Source: the human T2T-CHM13v2.0 reference genome, Homo sapiens
Assembly (NCBI RefSeq): GCF_009914755.1
Contig: NC_060945.1
DNA length: 64,000 nt
Direction: 5' to 3' (one strand)
The position numbers and the translations under genes were made by a program. This document shows positions 14,947 through 26,866 of this stretch, in pieces; position 1 is the first letter of the stretch; each line of letters starts with the position of its first letter. Below the pieces are notes generated by a model, which worked only from the letters and a program-made list of their open reading frames with translations, had not been told where the DNA came from and searched no databases.

Positions 14947-15989
14947 GGAAAAATAATGGTTCATATACTTTGTGATACTTGTTAAATACAGGCATATTTA
15001 TATATATTATCAAAGGTTGGTATGATAAGCTTGACTGGAAAAGAAAGAACATATGAGTCAGAATAGTAGATAGGAATGATCAAACCTTCAAAAAATGAAA
15101 AGATTCATATACTTTGTGATTCTTGTTATATATAGGCATATTTTTTATACATTATCTAAGATTGGTATGATTTTAGAATACATTATTTTCCTTATTTTGC
15201 AATATGCATAAGTTTAACTGTATATTTGGCAGGGCAGTTTATCCTTATATTTTCTGTTTTATATAGTAAAAGAACTGTTAGTACATTTTCTTTTAATCCA
15301 CATTTAGGGATGGATGATGTCCATAATTATGTGGATTTTAATGCTTTTACAACTAGAAATTAATATAGATGAATATAGAATTAGTATATTAAGTAATGTG
15401 TTTGTGTATGAATATGTAGCTTCTGTCTTTAATGTTCTTCCACATAAGACATTTTCCAGTAATTAAAAAAAAGCCCTTATGTGATTTGAATAGTCTGTTT
15501 ATGCTTAAGAAGCATCTTAGTCTAATTGATATTAACGTTTCTTAATTTTGTCTCTTGTCTGATTTTGTAATTGCAAAATATATTTAGCATTCAAAGAAAA
15601 TGTTTATGTTACACTGCAAAGCATTTCTTAGTTGGTATTTTCCTTGTTTGGTTCTTTGCAGTGAGCATATATTGAGCATTAATTAGGTATCCAGCATTAT
15701 CATTGGCATTAGGAATAGAAAATTAAAGAAGACCTGCTTATGGTCTTAAGTAGATATAGCCACAAATAATTGCAAAACTATACGATTAAATTTAATGTGG
15801 TTACATTTAGATTAAATACCCTACAGTGTTTTTATTGATACCTCTTTCTGATTAGATGACAATTCAATGTGAATAACTTCAAATGTCTGAAAGGTTCATG
15901 ATGCAAATCCTTTCAAATGATTTTACTGTGTAGTCAGAAAAAATTTTAATTCTTATACAACAATTTCATTGTTTTACTGTTAATTATGG

Positions 15990-16161
15990 TGAAGGAAGAT
16001 GCAAACTGTGCAGTATGCGACAGCCCGGGAGACCTCTTAGATCAGTTCTTTTGTACTACTTGTGGTCAGCACTATCATGGAATGTGCCTGGATATAGCGG
16101 TTACTCCATTAAAACTTGCAGGTTGGCAATGTCCTGAGTGCAAAGTGTGACAGAACTGCAA
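15990..16161 (+). pseudogene. KMT2C: KMT2C-like exon 8 (172 bp, PHD); acceptor dead and nonsense codon
   Basis: KEDANCAVCDSPGDLLDQFFCTTCGQHYHGMCLDIAVTPLKLAGWQCPECKV*QNC; acceptor reads GG at 15988-15989; TGA at 16148-16150; donor gtaagt intact. Confidence 0.95.
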
Positions 16162-18014
16162 GTAAGTTTTCATTTCAATTCAAAGCTGTGTATTGGGTTT
16201 AAGAGGGACCCTATTACTAGGCGCTAAAAGTTTGTGTAATATAATAGAGGTTGTTCATATTTTGGCTGTATTCATTCAGAGTGACTTCATCATACTTAAA
16301 AAAATTACTGGATATTAACGTTTATATTATTTTGAAAGAAGTCTAAACAAAACTGATTTCAATCATTTAAATTGCTCTGATCGTCTAAAGAGCTAATTTA
16401 AATTTACCAACAGTTTAAAAAATAAGCGATATTAACAATTTAAAACAAGCATGAGAAGAATAAAGTAGCTTGTCTTCAGGTGCACCGGGGAGGGGATGTG
16501 ATAGGATTTAAACCTCTCACTACAGACGTAGAAGAATTAGAGTTGAGTCAAAACGTCAGTCATGTGTTTGAATTTCCATTCCAGGAAGGACGCTTTCTAC
16601 TATTATTTTAATGTACATCTGCATCTCTCTAAAAGCCACCTTGAGTAGATCCTGCTCAGCATAATTCCAAAATGAAATATGTGGCATTTACAAATTTATA
16701 AGGGGGTTATCTTTTCCTATTGTATTTCATCTCTTGGTCATTTCTCCAGTCTTTTCTGTGATTTCCGCTTGCACCCCCATGATTCTAATGAGCATGATAA
16801 TTTGGGGATGTTACCAGCATCTTCATTTACAGGCTGAGAATTTTTGTTGTAACCAGCAAGAATTATGCCCAACTGCCATGATCAGTCTGTTTTTATTATT
16901 TAGTTTTAAAAGAAATAAGCGTCAATATCTTAGAGTTACGTGACATAAATAGGACTATGTACCTTCATATTTTGGTAAAAATTAGATAAAATATTCAGTA
17001 AACATTTATTCGATACCTTGTATCTGCACTCAGTTTCTTGGGAAGGATTAAAAGAACTTGAAGGAAGAGTACTTGTCCTCCAAGATCTTTGCATGTAGCT
17101 GAAGAGATAAAACATGTGAGTTTTTATGGAGAGGTTGAACTGAATAATAATTGGAGGCCAACTGGCCCATCTTCCTGTTGACTTCTGTTTATCCCCCAGA
17201 TTTCATTCAGAGATTCCTCTCTCATCTCTTCTTGCTTTCCCTGTTTTTTCTCTTCCCCTCCTCTTGAATTTAAAATCATAGTATCTGAAAGTAATTATAG
17301 TCAAAAATCTCAACAGAGATAACGCTGTAGGACAGGGGCCCAATCTTTGGGGGCAGAAGAGTGTTTAAAGAAAGGTTTTAGGTTTTCAATTATAATTCTT
17401 AATAATTATGACAAGGTTCGTCTTTTGAAATAATTATTCAGCATTTAATTGCTTAATAGACATTCTAAGCACTTGAACCTGCATTACATTTAATTCTCAC
17501 AGTAATGTTTATTATTCCCGTTTTATACCTGAAACTCAGAGAGCTTTAGTCTAAGTTGTTTAGTGACACAGCTAGAAAACAGCAGCCTGAATACAAATAG
17601 AGATCTGATGCCAAATTTGATCCTCTTTACGTTATATGACAGTCTTTTCAATTTGCTGTGCCAAGATTTGATCTTTCCACACAGTAGCACATAGCAGTTA
17701 TAGCGCCTTCCTCTCAAAAATTATATTTTAAAAGTAAAGATCAAAGGCTATTCATCTTGCCTTAACCCTTCCTCCTTTGCAGGAATCCTAAAATGGCTAG
17801 AGCAAGTTAACCATAGGTGAGCATTGAGTAAAGATCACCATTTAGGAGGTAATCCTTATGGTAGGGTTACCTCTGTTACTATCTGCAGAGACAAAACAGA
17901 TACTGAGGTATTTATGAACTGTGCGGTTCCCAGGACTGATGATTTTCATGATTACTTATGTTGCAAAACATAAGTTTAAAGATAAGCCATCATTAATGCT
18001 ATCTTACTTTTTAG

Positions 18015-18129
18015 ACAATCGGGAGAAGATAGCAAGATGCTAGTGTGTGATACGTGTGACAAAGGGTATCATACTTTTTGTCTTCAACGAATTATGAAAT
18101 CTGTACCAACCAATGGCTGGAAATGCAAA
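18015..18129 (+). pseudogene. KMT2C: KMT2C-like exon 9 (115 bp, PHD)
   Basis: ttttag|ACAATCG...TGCAAA|gtaagt; QSGEDSKMLVCDTCDKGYHTFCLQRIMKSVPTNGWKCK. Confidence 0.95.
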
Positions 18130-21100
18130 GTAAGTTGTTTACTTTTTTAAATCCTCTGTATGTTTTATATGGAGAACAGACAAATCGGATATCTATTCAA
18201 ATCTATACATTACCATCAGCTTTTTAAAAACAGCTTTATTGACATATAACTGACATACAGTAAACTGTACACTCTTCAAGATAATGAACATAGTCATCAC
18301 CGTCAAAGTTTCCTGGTGCCTCTTGGCTTGCTTTGTGGCTGTTCAAACCCAAACCCTCTGTCTTCCTAGTCTGCTTTTTCACTATAGATTAGTATTCACT
18401 TCCTAGAATTTTTAATAAAAGCTTCATATAGTATATACTCGTTTTTGGTCTGGCTTCTTTAACTCAGTGTAATTATTTTGAAATGCATCTCTATTGCTGC
18501 ACAGATCAGTAGTGATTCTTTTGTATTACTGAGTGCTGGAGATACCACAATTTGTTTATTGAATCACCTGTTGGTGAACATTTGGGTCCTTTAAAATTTT
18601 GATCTATTATAAAAAATGCCGATGAACTCATTAACTAACTTCCTACCTCACTTGGCTTCTGCCCCTTCAGGGGGAGGTGTTCAGAGCCAGGTTGGGGGCA
18701 GTGGGGTAGTGGAGATAGCCCTTGGAATCCAAGGTGCGGTTTAGCTTTTAAGCTTAGTCTTCCTGGGCTGCTGGTGTCGCGAGGTTGAGGGATGGAGATG
18801 ACCCTCAGGTGCTGCATGGGCCTGGAGCGTGTTCTCCCTGGAGCTGGAGAGGGCGTGATGGCCCGTGTGCGGGAGTGGAAGGCACAGCATTGTCATTGCC
18901 CTTCTCGGAACTGCTTTTTCTAGGGAGGAGGTGGAGGGCCTGGGAAAGGAGGATGATGTCGCCAGAACCCCAGGTCCCTGGCGTGGGGAGGAGGTGGGAG
19001 CAGACTCAGAGAGATTCTGTACCTGCACCCTGTCCTCGCCAGTGAGGTTTGGCACCTAGAACTGCAAGCAGTATTACCAGGTTCTGTTGTGGTCTTCAGC
19101 AAGTTCTACTAGGCATCTGCCTGAGTGGTGGGGGTTGAGGGGAGGGGCTTTCTCTCCTGGGGGGAAAAAGAGCTGCTGGGTAACTGTGCTCAGCTGTGGC
19201 TACCTGGGAAGTGGGACCTGAGGGCTGAAGGATTGTGATGAACTCTGGCCTGCTTCCTCAGGTTGTTCAGATTCCTTCTCTTGCTGAATGACATCATTGG
19301 AAAGGAAAAACTCTGCTGTTTGACTGATTTGTATATTTACACTCTTATCTTCACTCAGTTCCTCTACTTGCCTTTTTAGTTTTAATATGAAGTTGAATTT
19401 GTAATTCATTTTCTTTCCTAAGGAAAAAGGACATTTAAGACTATAAGTTTACCTTAGGCTATAGCTTTGACTGAAGCCAAGTTTATTGTATTTGTAACTT
19501 TATGTATGTATATACCTTAGCGAATAAGTTTTTTTAAGTTGTGCTGAAGTATGTTAATTTATGCTTACATTTCATTTAATCAGAGAATTTAACTAAGGTA
19601 GGTTTTTTAAAATAAATATTTTGATACTTGAAGTATTGACTTTTTAAAGGTGTAGCATTTGTGTTTATTAATTTCATTTAGTTAGATGAAGTCCTTTTAC
19701 CTTATTTTTTGACTTGTTGATTCAACAAGTTACAATTGACCACTATTAATTGTTCCTATCAATTTATCATATTTTTAAACAAATAATTTGTGGCTGTTAT
19801 TTAGCAAGTAGGTCAGGCCAGTGTTAATATATTGTGTTTTTTACCAGTATAAAATTGTTCTTTATTCTATTTAATGTGTTTTTTGTTGAGGGATCAGGAA
19901 GGGCAGGTATTTTGCTTTGCCTGACACTATGGCCACGTAGGGTGTTAGTTTAACAGTTGAATGGTTATCTTTTCACACTTATTTTAGATTCTTTTGTGTT
20001 ATAAAAATGTATCTTTTGAAAAGCTTAATAGAAGTAACTGTTTGGATTGATGGTTGTAATTGAAATGCTTGGCTGTTTTGAGGCAAAATTTTTATTTTCT
20101 TTCTATTTTTCTCTTCTTTTACTTCCTGCAATGATTTATAATTCAGAATCTCATTTTGTGAATGTAAATGATTATAAATATTAAAGATATAAATTTTCTC
20201 CCATTCCCCACTGAAAATAAAGTTTTTATTCCCCTTTTGTCTCATTCGATTAACCTAGATTGTAAACCTTGTCACAATTTTCTTGCAAAAATATATTTCC
20301 TCTGTTAATTCCAACTTTACCCTCAATCTTTCGGAGTCTTGGTTGTGATCCTTTAAAAATAATTATAACGTTTTTGAAACCCTACATGTCGGAAAGAGAC
20401 TGTTCCTTTTAGGCTATAAGAACTTGGAACAGTATAATGTTTCATATTACAAATTTTTCTTTTTTATACTCTGAAAACATTTTCTTCAGTTTTTTTCAGT
20501 TTATGCTGTCACGAGAAAAATCTTAACTTGAAAAAATTTAATCATAATCCTTTTTTTCTTCCTGAAAGCTTTGGGAGATGTGTGAATCCCCATCCCCGCC
20601 TCCACCCCCCGCCCCAGCACCTTTTTAAAAAAATATATTTACTTAAAAAATTACCTTCTTTACACTCTCTAATAATATCTAGTAACTACTGGATAATTTT
20701 TGTCTCTTGCTCTTAATCTTCTTTATTATGGTTTTCATTGTCTTGAGAACTGGTAGAGAATTCTGGGTGTCTTTCTCAGCTTGTTCTGTCTCCCCTTTGG
20801 TGTGCTTCTTTTCGATTTGCTCTTTGTAATCTGCTGTTCTCTTTTGAGAGTGACAGGATTACATAATTTCTGGGAATACTATTGGATACTTAATCTTTTT
20901 ATTCTGTTCTATGAAGGCACTATAGTGTGGTGGTTAAAAGCTTATGCTGTGGAGTCAAACTGTAGTTTTTTCAGTTACTAAATTGATGATCTTTGGCTAC
21001 CTGTTTAACTTCCCTAAGTCAGTGTATAGAAGGTTAACGGTACTTACCTCACAGGGATGTTGGATTTAGTGAAGTGGTATCTATAAAGTGCCCAGCACAA

Positions 21101-22272
21101 TGCCTAACACAAAGTAAGTACAGAAACAGTTACCATAGAGTTTTTCTTGGATTGAAAGGTTTGTCCTTTGAACCATTTGAAGAATGATCATCTTTCTCTG
21201 CTGTTGAATTCTTCTGTAGTCCTCTCTGTAGTCTTGAGTCATAATTTGCTCATTTGTTTGCATTTAACATTTGAGTGTTTACTGTGTGCGAACACCACTG
21301 TAGTGAAGGCTGGAGATGTTGGGGCAAATCAGTGTGCCCCCACGGGGCTGTCAGTCTAGTTTGGGGCTGCTCCCTGGTGAGCTGGAGTGGGGTTGATCTT
21401 TTCAGGATCTTTATTGTAAACCAGTCATTGTCAGATAGGTTTCTTTTTCCTATTTTTATCTCAAGAATGTCTGTTCTTTGGTATGTTATGCGTTTTTAGA
21501 AAGTTTTTACTTGAAAATAAGTTCAAACTCTAAAAGTTGGAAAAAATAAAAATAATACCTATATCCCATTTACTTAGATATATCTGTTGTTAGCATTTCA
21601 TTATCATTGGGCATGCCCTCTCTCACTTTCTCTGTGTGTGTGTGTGTGTGTATGTGTGTGTGTCTGTGTGTCTCTATTCCCCCAACCCCCTACTATTTGA
21701 GGGTTAATTACATACATTGTGCCTTTTTACCACCATTTCAGTATGTATTTCTTAATAGTAGGAATATTCTTAAAAAATCACAATCCTGCTATCAAATTCC
21801 TAAACTTACATCAATGACATATGTTTATCTAACGTACCAGCCATATTACAGTTATGTCATTTGATCTTATGTCCTTCATAATCTACCCCTTCCTCCAAGT
21901 AGGTTCTAGGATTTAGTTTTTGTCATTGGTATTTTTGAAGAATAGAGTTCTTCTCGATATACTTGTTTTTTTTTTTCTTTTTTCAAACAGAAATTTCTCC
22001 ATTTTGTTTTTGATAACCCCTTATAATTAGATGAGAGGCATGCATTATTGGCCAGAATACTGCAAAATGCTGATCCATCCTCAGGGTATCACAACTGGAA
22101 GCATATATTATTCCACTTTCCCTCATGAGAATCACCTGGTCAGGCTGTTGCCCAATTTCTATTCCCCCCTCCTTTGTATCTAATAAAGCAGTATGTGAGG
22201 ATACTTTAAGACGATGCAAATATCTTGCTTTTCCTCAGAATTTCCTTCTAGATTTGAAAAACTTACTCCCTA

Positions 22273-22600
22273 GGCCGGGTGTGGTGGCTCACACCTGTAA
22301 TCCCAGCACTTTGGGAGGCTGAAGTGGGTGGATCAGTTGAGGTCAGGAGTTCGAGATCAGCCTGGCCAACATGGTGAAACCCTGTCTGTACTAAAAATAC
22401 AAAAATTAGCCAGGCATGGTAGCGGGTGCCATGTAATCCCAGCTACTCAGGATGCTGAGACCGGAGAATCGCTTGAACCCAGGAGGTGAGGTTGCAGTGA
22501 GTTGGACTCATGCTACTACACTCCAGCCTGGGTGACATAGATAGACTCTATCTCAAAAAACAGCAACAACAACAGCAACAACAGCAACAACAACAACAAA
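22273..22600 (+). mobile_element. AluSx-like with (CAA)n tail
   Basis: TSD aaacttactccct / aaacttactgcct. Confidence 0.94.
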
Positions 22601-23101
22601 CTTACTGCCTGATGATGCCATTTTAACATGCTTTCTTTTGGTTGCAAATGATGCATTTCCAGCTCTAGCACTCCCACCACATTTACCAGTTAGCCCTCTG
22701 CTTTCTTTTGTAAGCAAGAACACTTCTTTCACATGTTAAGCTTACTATTAATATTGACTCATGAACTCCTATTATCTTCAATCATTTACAACTCATTACC
22801 TAATTATTTTTTGGCTCAAATAGTCACATACTTGCTGTCAGTTGCTCCTTCAAGCTGGCACTGGTGTTCTGCCCTCACCGCTTTTTTGAACACTTCATTA
22901 CTTTTTGGTGTAACAAGATGTTACAAGCTCATCTTATACCTCCCATGCCCGAGTCCTGGAATAAGTCCATTGTTAAATAAGTAACCCAGATTCCTTTAGT
23001 GGGGAATGGGTGCCGGGTGTGCTCATTGCTACTGGAGGGTGTTTACTTCTTCACCCTTTCAGCAGGTGGTGTCACGAAATACATGCATGTGTATACACTT
23101 A

Positions 23102-23213
23102 CAGAAGTTTGTCCAACCCATGGCCCGCAGGCTACATGTGGTCCAGGATGGCTTTGAATGTGGCCCAACAGAAATTCATAAAATTTCTTAAAACATTATG
23201 AGGTTTTTTTTTT

Positions 23214-23253
<40 letters not shown>

Positions 23254-23349
23254 CTCATCAGCTGTCATTACTGTTAGTGTATCTTGTGTGTGGCCCAAGA
23301 CGATTCTTCTTTCAATGTGGTCCAGGAAAGCCAAAAGATTGAACACCCC
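23102..23349 (-). mobile_element. MER30 hAT MITE containing (TG)n at 23217-23250
   Basis: agctcatcagct...tgtgtggcccaagac...gccaaaagattgaacacccct. Confidence 0.85.
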
Positions 23350-23799
23350 TACACGTTATGTATATACACATAAATATTCATATACATATACATAACTTAG
23401 AAATAATGAATTTATACCAGCACCTCCAGTTCTTATCCTTCTCCACTGAGTTCTTTGCCTTTTCATTCTTGCATGTCTGTTCTTCTACAGTAAAAATTCT
23501 GGGTTGTAGAACAGCACATTTATTCAGTTGCTTAATCTAAAAAGCAAGTCTGCTTCAGTTTGCTCTCAGTAATAGATTTTATTCCCCTTTTTCTTAGTGA
23601 TTTAATTTTTTAAATATAGAAAGTATTAGTATACTTTCAAAACTTAAAACTATATGAAATTTTGCTCAGAATTGTCACTGTCTCTTGTTTATTACTTATA
23701 CCGCATTTCCCCCAGCCTCTTGGAAGTAACTAACTTCATTGTTTTCTGTTTTAAACCTCCTGTTATTTTTCATCTAATAATAAGAGGATATATTGCTCT

Positions 23800-24870
23800 T
23801 TCAGTGAAGGTAGCATGTTGTATATGTTCTTTTGCATGTTGCTTTTTTCATGTAATAAAATCTGGAAATCACTTCCAGGCAAGTTAGGCAAGTTCAAGAG
23901 ATCTCATTCTCCTTTTAAACAGCTGCATAGCACTCCATTGTGTATCTGTGCTATCGGTTACACAACCAGTGGCCTGTGCTTTGGTATTTCAGTAGTTTAT
24001 GATATTTTGCATTATAAATGATTTTACACTCCCTGGCTTTGTGCATGTGTGTTTTTGAATTCTCAGGGACAAATCTGTAGGGTAAATTCCTAGGATTATT
24101 GCCTCAGGAGTGTACACATATGTAGCTTTGTTAGATACTGTGAAATTCCCTTTTTTGGGGCTTATGGTACTTTGCATTGCCACCAGAGATGTGTGAGAGA
24201 ACTTTTCCTACGTCTTTGCTAACAGGATGACTTGTTTAGCTTTTGAATGTTTGTCTGTCTTCTGGGTGAAAAGTAGTGTATCAATGTAGTTTTAAATTTT
24301 GTTTATCCTTAGAGTGAAGTTGATCGTTTTTTCATGTGTTTAAGGGTCAGTTTTTATTTCTTCTCATGAATTGTCTGTTCGTGTGTTTTGCCTGTTATTG
24401 AAGATTTTGGCATTTTTCCCTAAATTTAAGAGTTCTTTATAAGTTAGGGATGTAAGCCTTTATATGTGTTACATGATGCAGATACTTTCTGCTAGCTTAT
24501 TTGTTCTTTTTTTTTTTTTTTTGTGCTTATTTGTGTGAGACAGTGTCTCACCCTGTCACTCCGGCCATAGTACATTGGTATGGTCATAGTTCACTGTAGC
24601 CTTGACCTGGGCTCAAGCAATCTTCCTGCCTCAGCCTCCCGAGTTAGCTAGGAGTTATGTCTACCACGAAGCCCAGCTAATTTTTTACTTTTGTAGAGAC
24701 AGGGTCTCACCATGTTGTCCAGGCTGTATTATGTGTCTTTTGACTTTGTTTTTATTATTTTTTTTGCCATGCAAAAGTTTCTTTTTGTGGAGTTAGATTT
24801 ATTAATCTTCTTTTGCTTCTATATTTTTGAGTCATATTCAGAAAGCCTTTCCCTACACTGAGGGTATAGA
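23800..24870 (-). mobile_element. Old L1M fragment with an embedded degraded AluJ (24505-24727)
   Basis: Antisense L1 ORF2/3' motifs (aaattcctagga, gagttctttata, agcctttccctac); edges approximate. Confidence 0.6.
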
Positions 24871-24871
24871 G

Positions 24872-24896
24872 GACACAGATAGTCTTCTCATTGCTG
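24872..24896 (+). pseudogene. KMT2C: 3' remnant of KMT2C exon 13 (DTDSLLIA) with intact donor
   Basis: GACACAGATAGTCTTCTCATTGCTG|gtaagc encodes the residues immediately preceding exon-14 VSSQHTV, ~1.25 kb upstream of exon 14; old L1-like sequence lies directly 5'. Confidence 0.85.
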
Positions 24897-25198
24897 GTAA
24901 GCAGTATGTTCATATTGTCTAATTTGATTGAGTTATAAGATAATGTCTTTATCCCAAAGACATTTTTGCAATTGCTGTATGTATATACATTACAGTAACT
25001 AAATCTTTTAGTTAAGAGATTCTGGAAAAGAATTGACAATGGATCTAAAGTAGGTTAGTTTCTCTTGTAAGGCTTTTTTTTTTTGGAGGGGGGATGTCAT
25101 GATTAAAAATATTTTGTACTATCAGATCTGTTATTTGGTAGTTTTCTTTATCCTTACCTGTAGTCTTTCAATAAAGTGGGAAAGAAGATGAGATTTCA

Positions 25199-25439
<241 letters not shown>

Positions 25440-26147
25440 GAACATAGATAAATAGATAAATTTTAGTCACTGATTGGTAAATGAGGCTAGCAGTGTCTTT
25501 TTACTATAACTTAAAAATTACCTTGATGAGATTGAGTTAAAGGTTTAACATACTGGTATCCTGATTTAAAATTTACTGGTGACTATGTTTCTGATATCTA
25601 AGTTTATAGATTTCCTGAGATTAGTCTTTTAATTTACAGACAATGATGAAGAACAACGATTATATCCAAAGAATATTTTGGCTAGGTTGGCAGGTATGGT
25701 TAAGCAAAATAAATATTGGTGGTTAGCAAATCTTTTCTGTCTGTGCTTTTGAGTCTATAGTAATTTGTCGCATCTGGGTATCTACTATTAGAAAATGCCT
25801 ACACATTCTAGATCAGTCTTTACTTTTTAACTTAGGTACCTCACATAACATGATTGATCCTCATTTTCTTAACTAAAAAATGAGTATGAGAACTTTTCCT
25901 GTGTAATTTTCAATCCATTTGGAAGTACTTGTGTTGTAAAACATGTTTTCATTAGGTTTTCTGGTGTGTGGCTGATTCTAATCCATAAATCCTTGTGTAC
26001 TTTGGCTTTCATTCACTTAATAATTGTCTGCTTTGATGAATACCTTCTGATTTAAGTTCTAGTGTAGTCAAATGTTTTATATATCTATAGTTAGAAAATT
26101 TAAAATTTGTTTGTACATTACCATAACAAATGTTCTGAATTTTGTAA

Positions 26148-26866
26148 TATCATCCCAACATACAGTGAATACCGAATTGGAAAAACAGATTTCTAATGAG
26201 GCTGATAGTGAAGAAATGAAAATGTCTTCTGAAGTGAAGCATATTTGTGGTGAAGATCAAATTGAAGATAAAATGGAAGTGACAGAAAACATTGAAGTCG
26301 TTACACACCAGATCACTGTGCAGCAAGAGCAACTGCAGTTGTTAGAGGAACCTAAAACAGTGGTATCCAAAGAAGAATCAAGGCCTCCAAAATTTGTCAT
26401 TGAATCTGTCACTCTTCCACTAGAAACCTTAGTGTCCCCACATGAGGAAAGCACTTCATTATGTCCTGAGGAACAGTTGGTTATAGAAAGGCTACAAGGA
26501 GAATAGGAACAGAAAGAAGATTCTGAACTTTCTACTGGACTGATGGACTCTGAAATGACTCCTACAATTGAGGGTTGTGTGAAAGATGTTTCATACCAAG
26601 GAGGCAAATCTATAAAGTTATCATCTGGGACAGAGTCATCATTTTCATTATCAGCAGACATAAGCAAGGCAGATGTGTCTTCCTCACCAACACCTTCTTC
26701 AGACTTGCCTTCGCATGACATGCTGCATAATTACCCTTCAGCTCTTAGTTCCTCTGCTGGAAACATCATGCCAACAACTTACATCTCAGTCACTCCAAAA
26801 ATTGGCATGGGTAAACCAGCTATTACTAAGAGAAAATTTTCTCCTAGTAGACCTCGGTCCAAACAG
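26148..26866 (+). pseudogene. KMT2C: KMT2C-like exon 14 (719 bp); acceptor dead and nonsense codon
   Basis: ORFs 26072-26506 and 26543-26875 (SSQHTVNTELEKQISNE...KFSPSRPRSKQ); acceptor reads AA at 26146-26147; TAG at 26504-26506; donor gtaggg. Confidence 0.95.

Noticed and set aside
18635-19410. GC-rich island with several overlapping ORFs
   Set aside because: CpG-poor and embedded among old L1M fragments; most likely decayed L1 5'-region sequence with no recognisable protein. A Dfam or BLAST search would settle it.
26257-26721. 154-aa minus-strand ORF
   Set aside because: Antisense shadow of KMT2C exon 14.
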